DNA from: Novosphingobium sp. | GTDB taxonomy: Bacteria > Pseudomonadota > Alphaproteobacteria > Sphingomonadales > Sphingomonadaceae | Direction: 5' to 3' | DNA: 64,000 nucleotides | Assembly (NCBI GenBank): GCA_031422595.1 | Contig: JANPMA010000299.1 | Location: 3,003-67,002 of the forward strand | In this document: positions 15,193-24,100 of the stretch, piece by piece | Layout of the letters: each line of letters starts with the position of its first letter | Numbering within the stretch: position 1 is the first letter of the stretch | Made by a program: the position numbers and the translations under genes | The notes under the pieces: model-generated | What the model saw: only the letters and a program-made list of their open reading frames with translations | Database searches by the model: none | Told to the model about the DNA's origin: nothing

Positions 15193-17637
15193 GTGCCAGA
15201 TCGGGTGCGCATCGCCATCGTCGGGTCAGGGCCGGCAGGGCTGAGTGCAGCAGCGCGCGCGGCTCAGCTTGGGCTGACCCACGTGCTCCTCGAGAAGACC
15301 AAGCACCTCTCCGACACGATCTTCAAATACCAGAAGGGCAAGCATGTCATGGCGACGCCCGCCGCGCTGGTGCTGCGCTCGGACCTGCCGTTCGATGCCG
15401 GCCGGCGCGAGATGATACTGGGCGGCTGGGAAGAGCAGTCTGCAGCGCACGGGGTCAACGTGCAATACGATGCCGAAGTGCAGAGCATCGCTGGCGAAGC
15501 AGGCAATTTTGCCATCACGCTCAAGAGCGGCGCGGAAGTGCTGGCCGAGACTGTGATCCTGGCCATCGGCACCCAGGGCAATCCCAATCTCGTCCGCTGC
15601 CCGGTAGGGGAAGACTCGGTGGTCCAGTACCAGCTCGACGATCCCGCCGAATACAACGACGAGCACATTTTCGTGATCGGCGGCGGCGATGCCGGGATTG
15701 AAAATGCACTGGGGCTTGCCGCCGACCCGGCGCAGGGCAACGTGGTCAGCCTGGTAAATCGCTCGGCCGACTTCGCCACCGCGAAAGACGCCAACGTCAA
15801 GGCGCTGATGGCCGCCCGCGATGCCGGACGGATCACGCTCTACGTCGAGACCACGACCGCGCGGATCGATCAGGGCGAAGTTGCACTCGATACCCGCGAC
15901 GGTGAGGTTATCGTGCGCTGCGACCGGGTGATCGCGCGGATGGGTTCGGCCCCGCCACGCGCTTTTGTCGAAGCTTGCGGGATTGCATTTACCGGACCCG
16001 ACCGGCTGGCGCTGCCAGCGCTTTCGCCCTCGTTCGAGACCTCGGTGCCCGGGATTCATGTGATCGGCGCGCTGGCCGGCTATCCGCTGATCAAGCATTG
16101 CATGAACCAGGGCTACGATGTGGTCGAGTTCATCAACGGCAACCGCGACCTGAAGCCCGCCGACGAGCCGATCCTTGCCGCGAAATTCGCTGCGCTTCCC
16201 GGTCAGCGCTCGGTCGATGAGTGGCTGAACCTGTTCGGCAGTCAGATCGAAGTGTTCCGCGAGGTCTCACCGCTCCAGCTGCGCGAGTTGATGCTCGATA
16301 GCACCGCGCGCTGTTTCGCTCCGGGCGAGGCGCTGTTCGTGCGCAATGATACCGGATCGTCGCTCTTCGCCTTGGCCGAGGGTTCAGTGCTGGTCGAGGT
16401 CGACAAAGACGATCCCGCCAAGGTCGTCCCGATCGCCCAAGGTGAAATCGTTGGCGAGGTCGGGCTGATCTCCGGGCGCCGGCGCGGGGCGACTGTGCGC
16501 GCCGACGGGCCAGTAGTCGCGGTCGAGCTGTCACGGACCGCAGCGCTCAAGCTGATCGCCACCGTGCCGGCGGCCGGGCGAGCCATTATGCGCGTGTCGA
16601 TCGAGCGCCAGCTTCTCCAGTTGTTCGGCTCGGGCCTTACGCGCGAGGATGTCGCAGAAGTGGTCGAACTGGCCGAAGTGCAAACCATCAAGGCTGGCGA
16701 GGTTGTCCTCACCGAAGGCGAAACCGGGACCGACATCTACGTCATCCGGCGCGGCTCGATGATCGTTGAAAAGAGCATCGGCGGCAAACAAGTGTTCCTC
16801 AATTACCTGCCCGCCGGGAGTTACGTCGGTGAAATGGCGCTGCTTGACGGTACCCCGCGGGTTGCAACGGTTAAGGCAGCGGTCCGGTCCGAGGTGATCC
16901 GCCTGCCCGGTGAGGCCTTTGCTCGGCTACTGACGCGCAAACCCGAATTGCGCCGCAAGGCGCTGGCCGACATGGCGACACGGCGCGACATCAATGCCTT
17001 TATCGAAGGCCGCAAGGACCAGTTTTCCGGCTCGGTCGATATGTACTCCGAAACCGCCCAGTTCCTGGTCGACAATGGTCTGGGCGAAGCGACCGATGTG
17101 CTGCTGATCGACGAAACCCTGTGCATCGGCTGCGACAATTGCGAAAAGGCCTGCGCCGACAGCCATGATGGACTGACCCGGCTCGACCGCGAAGCCGGGC
17201 GGACATACGCCCATCTCCACGTGCCGACCTCGTGCCGTCACTGTGAACACCCGCACTGCATGGCCGACTGTCCGCCCAACGCGATCAAGCGCGGCCCCGA
17301 TGGTGAGGTGGTGATCGATGACACCTGCATCGGTTGCGGCAATTGCCAGCGCAACTGCCCTTACGGTGTAATCCGGATGGACAGCGTCCCGCCGCCCAAG
17401 CCGCCGCTGCTCAGTTGGTTGCTGTTCGGGGCCGGTCCGGGGCCGGGCGAGCCGAGCTATGCGTGGCGCAAGAAGAACGCGCAGGGCACCGAGCAGCCCA
17501 AGAAGGCGATCAAGTGCGACATGTGCTCGGGGATTGAAGGTGGCCCGGCCTGCGTGCGCGCCTGCCCGACCGGCGCGGCGATCCGCGTCGCGCCCGAGGC
17601 CTTCCTTTCGGTCGCCCGGTTGGCGAAGGACGATTGA
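15193..17637 (+). CDS. Fusion oxidoreductase: TrxR-like NAD(P)H flavoprotein + 2 cyclic-nucleotide-binding domains + DmsB/NrfC-type four-cluster [4Fe-4S] module
   Basis: Dinucleotide motifs IVGSGPAG and VIGGGDAG are present, but I saw no CxxC redox disulfide in the flavoprotein part. The cNMP phosphate-binding cassettes are GEVGLISGRRRGATVRA and GEMALLDGTPRVATVKA. The Cys motifs are CIGCDNCEKAC, CRHCEHPHCMADCP, CIGCGNCQRNCP and CDMCSG..ACVRACP. Confidence 0.85.
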   Translation: MPDRVRIAIVGSGPAGLSAAARAAQLGLTHVLLEKTKHLSDTIFKYQKGKHVMATPAALVLRSDLPFDAGRREMILGGWEEQSAAHGVNVQYDAEVQSIAGEAGNFAITLKSGAEVLAETVILAIGTQGNPNLVRCPVGEDSVVQYQLDDPAEYNDEHIFVIGGGDAGIENALGLAADPAQGNVVSLVNRSADFATAKDANVKALMAARDAGRITLYVETTTARIDQGEVALDTRDGEVIVRCDRVIARMGSAPPRAFVEACGIAFTGPDRLALPALSPSFETSVPGIHVIGALAGYPLIKHCMNQGYDVVEFINGNRDLKPADEPILAAKFAALPGQRSVDEWLNLFGSQIEVFREVSPLQLRELMLDSTARCFAPGEALFVRNDTGSSLFALAEGSVLVEVDKDDPAKVVPIAQGEIVGEVGLISGRRRGATVRADGPVVAVELSRTAALKLIATVPAAGRAIMRVSIERQLLQLFGSGLTREDVAEVVELAEVQTIKAGEVVLTEGETGTDIYVIRRGSMIVEKSIGGKQVFLNYLPAGSYVGEMALLDGTPRVATVKAAVRSEVIRLPGEAFARLLTRKPELRRKALADMATRRDINAFIEGRKDQFSGSVDMYSETAQFLVDNGLGEATDVLLIDETLCIGCDNCEKACADSHDGLTRLDREAGRTYAHLHVPTSCRHCEHPHCMADCPPNAIKRGPDGEVVIDDTCIGCGNCQRNCPYGVIRMDSVPPPKPPLLSWLLFGAGPGPGEPSYAWRKKNAQGTEQPKKAIKCDMCSGIEGGPACVRACPTGAAIRVAPEAFLSVARLAKDD

Positions 17638-18513
17638 ATGGCCAGCGCCCCGCGCCCGTCCCGACAAACTGCGCGCCAGCTTACGGCCGATCACGAGGGC
17701 TTCCTGCGTCACCGCAATTTCCGTTGGCTCAAGCACGCGGGCGCACTGTGCGTTGTCGCCATCCTTGCCTACACGCTGATCGATGTGTCGCCCCGCCCGA
17801 ACGGCGGGACCTGGCTGGGGTACACGCTCGGCACCGTCGGGCTCGTGCTGATCGTCTGGCTCTCGCTGCTGGGCGTGCGCAAACGGACAATGACGCGCGG
17901 TGCCTGGTCGCTCAAGGCCTGGACCTCGGCCCACGTCTATCTTGGTCTCGCGCTGATCGTGATTGCCACGCTGCATACCGGCTTTGAATTCGGCTGGAAC
18001 GTCCACACCCTGGGCTATGCGCTGATGCTGTTGGTGATCGCATCGGGCCTGTTCGGGGTCGTGGTCTATTCCGTGCTGCCCGCGGCGCTCAGCAATAATC
18101 GCGAGCAGATGACCCAGCCGCAGATGGTCGAAGCACTCAGCGCGGTCGACCGCCAGCTACAAAGCGCCGCGCAGCCGCTCGATCCGCACTGGGCCGGGCA
18201 GGTCCTCGCCGCGCTTGGGGAGGGAGCTTTTGCCGGCGGCCTGTGGAGCCGGCTTGCCGGAGGCAAGCACGGCAGTGCGACCCAGCAGGCGATCGCCGCG
18301 TTCGACCTTGCCAGCACAGAAGAAGCCGCCGATCCGGCACTGGTCCGGGTCGAAGCGCTGCTCCAGCGCCGTGCCGCGCAGCTCGCCCGGATGCGGCGGC
18401 ACATGCGCCTCAAAGCGCTGCTTGAGGTTTGGCTCTACGTCCATGTCCCTGCAACCTTCGCTCTGATCGCCGCCTTAACCGCGCATGTGATCAGCGTGTT
18501 CTACTATTGGTAG
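17638..18513 (+). CDS. Polytopic inner-membrane protein, possible b-type cytochrome / electron-transfer subunit
   Basis: The ATG directly follows the upstream stop (TGAATG). There are about 5 TM helices. His residues inside helices (SAHVYLGL..ATLHTGFEFGWNVH; YVHVPATF..LTAHVISV) make haem-b ligation plausible but unproven. Confidence 0.55.
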   Translation: MASAPRPSRQTARQLTADHEGFLRHRNFRWLKHAGALCVVAILAYTLIDVSPRPNGGTWLGYTLGTVGLVLIVWLSLLGVRKRTMTRGAWSLKAWTSAHVYLGLALIVIATLHTGFEFGWNVHTLGYALMLLVIASGLFGVVVYSVLPAALSNNREQMTQPQMVEALSAVDRQLQSAAQPLDPHWAGQVLAALGEGAFAGGLWSRLAGGKHGSATQQAIAAFDLASTEEAADPALVRVEALLQRRAAQLARMRRHMRLKALLEVWLYVHVPATFALIAALTAHVISVFYYW

Positions 18514-18528
18514 GGGCGGGGCAGGGGC

Positions 18529-20226
18529 ATGATCTTTCGGCTCAGAACCGTCGAGACCACCGCCCAGGGCCGCGAAATCGTGCGCGACCGCGACGTTACA
18601 GCGGAGCGGATCACCCTTGGCCGTTCGGCGGACAACACGCTGCACCTGCCCGATCTCGCGCTCGATCCGTACCACGCGGCAATCACGGCGAGCGGCGGCA
18701 GGATCGCCATCGAGGCCCTCGGGTCGCCGGACTTCACTCTCGATGGCCGGCAGGTCAGCGAGGGTACGATCGATCCGCAAGCCGGCGGCGAGCTGCGCTT
18801 TGGCAGCTATCGCATTGCAGTTTCCGAGGCCGAGGATGCAGCGGTTCTGCTCACGATCGGTCAGATCGCCGAGGCATCAGGCACTTCGGAGGAAAAGTCC
18901 GGTTTCTCGCTTGCCGGACGAATGCCGGGCAAGCGGGCAATGTCGTGGCTGCTTGCGCTGGCGATCCTCGCCGCCTTTCTTGTCCTGCCGATCGTCAGCC
19001 AGATGGCCCGCGATCCCGCCGCCAAACAGGGCGTGCTGGGCGACGCGGCGTGGAGTTCGGGTCCGCTTAGCCAGGCGCACCATCAGCTCGAAGGCAAATG
19101 CGAGGCCTGTCACGTCAAGCCGTTTGAAGCGGTGCGCGATACCGCTTGCCTGACCTGCCACAAGGATGTCCACGAGCATGCTGCGCCCACCCGACTGGCC
19201 AATGCCCGCGGGCCTGACGGCTTGGGCGATCGGTTGCAGTGGCAGATCGCGCATTTGTTTGGCAAACCCGGCCCCGGGGCCTGTTCGGATTGTCATTCCG
19301 AACACCAAGGCGCCGGGCGCATGCCGCCGCCGCAGCAAGCCTTTTGCGCCGACTGCCACGGCTCGCTCAAGGATCGCCTGCCCGACACCGCACTTGGCAA
19401 CGCCGCCGATTTCGGCAAGGTGCATCCCGAATTCCGCCCCGCGCTGGCGCTGACTGCGGGCAGCGACAGGTTGACCCGGGTCTCGCTCGCCGAACATCCG
19501 CGCGAGGCGAACGGGCTGACCTTCACCCATGACCAGCACCTCGATCCGCGCGGCGGGGTGGCCCAGATGGCGCTGCGGCTTGGCATGGGGAGCGGCGGAC
19601 TGGGCTGCGCCGCCTGTCACCACCCAACCGCCGACGGGGTCCGCTTCCTGCCGATCGACATGGAGCGTGACTGCGAGGGATGCCACAGCCTGGCCTATGA
19701 CAAGGTCGGCGGTACCTTCCGGCGTCTGAAACACGGCGATACCGACCAGATGATCGCAGATCTCTCGGTCGCGCCGCGCGCGTCCAGTCCAATCGTGACC
19801 GGACGGCGGCGGCCCGGCGACTATGCCAATGGCGGAACCTATTTCGCCCGCTTCACGCCGCCGGGCGGGGGGATCGGATCGGTCGCGCAGGCCCTGTCGC
19901 GCGACGGAATCTGCGGCGAATGCCACACCCCGCGATTGGCCGGCGGGCGTTTCTCGGTGGTGCCGGTGACCCAGACCACGCGTTATTTCAATCACGGCTG
20001 GTTCAACCATGCGGCGCACAAGGAGGAAAAGTGCACCAGTTGCCACGCCGCGGATCGTTCCAACTTGGCGACCGACCTGCTGCTCCCCGATCTCAAATCG
20101 TGCCGCAGCTGTCATTTGGGCGAGGAAGCCCCGCGCGCCAAGGTTCCCTCGACCTGCGCAATGTGTCACGATTATCATCTCAAGCCGCTGGCTCCGCGCG
20201 GGGTCGAACCGCGACGAAAGCGATGA
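18529..20226 (+). CDS. FHA-domain / single-TM / decahaem c-type cytochrome
   Basis: N-terminal FHA-like region (ITLGRSADNTLHLPDLALDPYHAAI). One TM (WLLALAILAAFLVLPIV). Ten CxxCH motifs follow: CEACH, CLTCH, CSDCH, CADCH, CAACH, CEGCH, CGECH, CTSCH, CRSCH and CAMCH. Confidence 0.85.
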   Translation: MIFRLRTVETTAQGREIVRDRDVTAERITLGRSADNTLHLPDLALDPYHAAITASGGRIAIEALGSPDFTLDGRQVSEGTIDPQAGGELRFGSYRIAVSEAEDAAVLLTIGQIAEASGTSEEKSGFSLAGRMPGKRAMSWLLALAILAAFLVLPIVSQMARDPAAKQGVLGDAAWSSGPLSQAHHQLEGKCEACHVKPFEAVRDTACLTCHKDVHEHAAPTRLANARGPDGLGDRLQWQIAHLFGKPGPGACSDCHSEHQGAGRMPPPQQAFCADCHGSLKDRLPDTALGNAADFGKVHPEFRPALALTAGSDRLTRVSLAEHPREANGLTFTHDQHLDPRGGVAQMALRLGMGSGGLGCAACHHPTADGVRFLPIDMERDCEGCHSLAYDKVGGTFRRLKHGDTDQMIADLSVAPRASSPIVTGRRRPGDYANGGTYFARFTPPGGGIGSVAQALSRDGICGECHTPRLAGGRFSVVPVTQTTRYFNHGWFNHAAHKEEKCTSCHAADRSNLATDLLLPDLKSCRSCHLGEEAPRAKVPSTCAMCHDYHLKPLAPRGVEPRRKR

Positions 20227-20242
20227 CAGAGGGGCTGTGCCG

Positions 20243-21100
20243 ATGCTGATCGCCCAGATTACCGATTGCCATATCGGCTTTTTCCGCAGCGACGTCGGCG
20301 GAGCCAATACGCGGCGATTGCGCGCCGCGCTCGACCGGCTGCGCGATGGCCCCAATCGCCCCGATCTGCTCCTGCTCTCGGGCGATCTCACCGAATTCGG
20401 CGATGCGGCGAGTTACGCACGGCTGGCGGCAATGCTGGCCGACCTGCCCTTCCCGGTTCACCTGATGGTCGGCAACCACGATGACCGCGATGCCCTGCGC
20501 GCGACCTTTCCGGGGACGCCATTGGACCGGGGCTTCGTGCAATATGTTCTGCCCCTGCTCGGTTTGCGCCTGATCGCGCTGGATACGCTCGAGCCGGGGC
20601 GCCACGGCGGCGCCTTCTGTGCTGAGCGGGCCAAGTGGCTGAACGACCAGTTTGATGCTGACCCGGCGACTCCGGTGGTGATCGCAATGCATCATCCGCC
20701 GCTCGCCTCCGGGCTCGACTGGCTCGACGGAGCTGAGGACGCGCCATGGATCGCCCGCTTCACCGAGGCAATCGCCGGACGCCCGCAAGTGCGCGCGATC
20801 CTTGCCGGACACCTGCACCGCACAATCCACGCCAGCGTTGCGGGCGTACCGCTGACGGTCTGCCCCTCAACCGCGCCGACTGTCGCGCTCAACCTGAACC
20901 CGATCGACCCCGAGCGGCCCGATGGCCGGGCGATGATCGTCGATGAACCCGCGGCATTTGGCTTGCACCGCTGGAACGGCGAACGGCTGATATCGCATTT
21001 CGAGAGCCTGTCCGCCGGGCATCCCTGGGCCGTGCTCGCCAGCTACGATGCGGGGATGCAGGAACTGGTGCGCCAGAACGTCCGCGAGCAGCGCGACTGA
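20243..21100 (+). CDS. Class III cyclic-nucleotide phosphodiesterase (CpdA/Icc-type metallophosphoesterase)
   Basis: Ordered motifs ITDCH, LSGDL, VGNHDD, AMHHPP and AGHLH correspond to D-x-H / GD / GNHD / H / GHxH. The gene comes last in the plus-strand operon. GTG at 20237 is an alternative start. Confidence 0.8.
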   Translation: MLIAQITDCHIGFFRSDVGGANTRRLRAALDRLRDGPNRPDLLLLSGDLTEFGDAASYARLAAMLADLPFPVHLMVGNHDDRDALRATFPGTPLDRGFVQYVLPLLGLRLIALDTLEPGRHGGAFCAERAKWLNDQFDADPATPVVIAMHHPPLASGLDWLDGAEDAPWIARFTEAIAGRPQVRAILAGHLHRTIHASVAGVPLTVCPSTAPTVALNLNPIDPERPDGRAMIVDEPAAFGLHRWNGERLISHFESLSAGHPWAVLASYDAGMQELVRQNVREQRD

Positions 21101-21110
21101 TCTGCGATCC

Positions 21111-24100
21111 TCATCGCCCCGCGCGCCAGGCGCTCATTTCCCCATTGTCGTTGACTCTGTAGAGCAAGCCGCTCCGGTTCAGGAACAACCGCTCCATCTC
21201 GGGCCGGGTGAAGGGGCGGGAGCCAAGCCGGCCGAACACCGCGATCTGCCCGCCGGTTTCATCCACCGCGCGGTCGCGGTCGAGGCCCTTTGACATGGCA
21301 ATGGCCGGAGAAGGGGTCTTCGCCCAAGCGATCAACTCGGGCATCGGCGCGGGCGAAAAGCCGTAGAAGTTGCGCTGGCTTTCCGGCGAGGTCAGCTGCA
21401 GCACTTTCATCCCGTTGCGGCCGTCGGCGACGTAAGCGATCAGCGAGGCATTGGTCGAGGCGACCACCACGTCCTCGGCATCGTTTAGCTGCCCGTCGAA
21501 AGTCACCTTCTGGTAGATTCGTGGGCTACGTGGACGCGTAACATCGACGATCACCAAGCCATCCGCCTTGGCCGCGACATAGGCATAAGTCCGTGCAACA
21601 TAGACCCGCCGCGCATCGGCAAGCGGCACCGTCGCCTCGGGCACCGCCAGCGGTTTTCGCAAGTCAGTCACGTCGAACAACTTGAGCCCGTCGCGGTCGG
21701 TGACCCACAGGTAACGGAATTGCAGCGCAGAGGCGCGCGCGTCGACCAGTTCGCGCACCGCAGCGAGCCGGGGTTTGAGCGGATCGGACAGATCGACGAC
21801 GACCAGACCCTTGGTGGCGGTGATGTAGGCCACCTCACCCGCCAGCACGATATGCCGCGCCCCGTTCAGCACGCCGTCGGGGTTCCAGGTCACCGCGCGG
21901 TGCAGCTTGTTGTTGCGGAATTCACCGTCGGAGAAAGTGTCCACATCGACCAGGATCAACCCTTCGACGCTGTCGGTGATGGCCGCGTAGTTGTAGATCG
22001 GCAGGAACGGCTGCTCCTGGTTGACGTCGCGCATCATCTGGGTGTTGCGTTCAGGCGCGATCGGCTGGTTGGTCGGCAGCGCCATGCAGGTCGCGTCAGC
22101 GGTATCGACCTGGGCATCGCCGGCAAACGGGGCCGAGATGATCGGATCGGCAAAACCCTTGTTGGCAATTGCCGCGACGTCATAGACGTGGAAGCCGCCC
22201 TTACCCTGCGCGACAAACATGTATTCGCCGCGCAGTTGCAGGCACCCGACCTTGTCCGGCGTGCCTTGCACGACGTTGCGGAACTGTTCGACCGGATGAC
22301 TGTCCCCCCCGCCAAGCGAAGCGGTGGTCTTGCCGCGTGTCCAGTTCTTGAGCTCGCGGCTGTTCTGCTCAACGTGCATCCGATAATAATCGGGATAGGC
22401 GTAGCGTTGCAGGTAGGACCCGATCACCGCCTGCGGTTCGTCCCATTCGGTCACCCGCACCGCCTCGAGTCCGCCATCGAGCCCGGTCCAGGCATTGAGC
22501 CCGACGAAGTTGACGTAGTTGGTCCCGAGCAACAGCGTCTGTGCCATGATTGCATTGTTGTCCTCGTTCATGCTGACGTGGCAATCGCTGCAAGTCTTGG
22601 TCTCCTGCGTGCGGACAGTGTGCGCAAAATGCGGTGCGAAGGCCTGGCTTGAAAAGCCCGGCGAGCTGATTGGCGGTTGTTGGGCGTAGATGCGCTCGCG
22701 GCTGCTGTTGGTTGAAGACAGAATAAGCGCAGAAGACGATCTGACCGGCGACACCAGGCCGCCCTTGGTGGTCATGTGCTTGCCTAGTTGGAACATGTCG
22801 TCGCGCGCCACTTGCGGGTTGTAGGTCGCAAAATTGCGCGTTTCCTCCCCCTCGAAACGGTTCACCGAGCTTTTCCAGTTGGCCTCGATCGGCAAGTGGC
22901 ATCCGCCGCAACTGGTGGTCCAGGCAAGGTGACACGAGAAGCAGGCGATCTTGTCGTCCTGGTGCGCACGATCTGCTTTGGGCACACCGGGTCCGAAGCC
23001 GAAACTGCCATCATCCGCCCCCGACCGGCTCATCAGCTTGGCGCGCGCCGACTTGTGGTTGAAATAGGGCGATGCCGGATCGACGCTGTCCTTGGTCAGA
23101 TGCACCTGCCACGACAGGCCCGGATCGACGATCGAACGCTGGATCAGCACCCTTCGGCCAAACTCGTTGTTGACCCATTCAAACCGGCGCTGACCATCCG
23201 GGTTGCGGAGCAAGGCCAGATTGTTGCCTTTGGGCGGTGCGGCAGGCCCCGAGGTCAGCAGCTTGGGATAGGCTTCGGCGGTGCCGTGACAATCAGCGCA
23301 GCCGATCTCCACCGCATTTGCGACTTCGCCGTAGATCAGCCCGTTGCCATGGCTGTCCTGCGCAAAGTGGCAATCGGCGCATTGCATGCCCTTCTCGGCG
23401 TGGATGTCCATCAGGTGTACGGTCTTGCCCGGGTTGACCCCTGGTTGAACGAATTTCCCCTGCCCCTGGGTGCGCCATTTCTCGGGATCGTCGGGTGCGA
23501 CAATATGCGCCTTGTCGGTCCCCCAAGTTGCCATCGAGCCTCCCGCATCGAGCAGGTTTCCGGCCCGGTCGCGCTTGAACACGCCACGGAAATTCCAGCC
23601 GTGGCTGTGATAGTCGGCAAATTGGGTATCCTTGAGACCGGCATTGAGATCGTAAACGTTGCGCAGAAAATCGAGATCGCCCCACAGGCCGCTTGCGGCT
23701 GCACCTTCGGGGTTGCGTTCGTTGATCGAGCGGATCGTCGCAGCATCCGGATAGCGCTGATGCTTGTACAGGCGCTCATAATCCGCATCGCTCATCCCCG
23801 GCGGGCGCGGACTACGGTTTTCGGGGCCTGGCCACATCGAGGACGCGTCGGCCTCATAATCCCACATCGTATAGCCAAGGAACGAATTCACGAACACGTT
23901 GGGCTGATGCATATGGCAACTCATGCACTGTGCAGTCGGGATCGCGCGGGTGAAGACGTGGCCGAGCGGATGCCCGGATTCCTTGTCCGAGCCGGCATCC
24001 GACGATCCATGATCACCTTTGAGCCGGCCGTGATTACCGGTCTTGCTGGTGATGGTCGGATCGACGGTCACGCTCTGTCCGTCGCGCCCAAATTGCGCAT

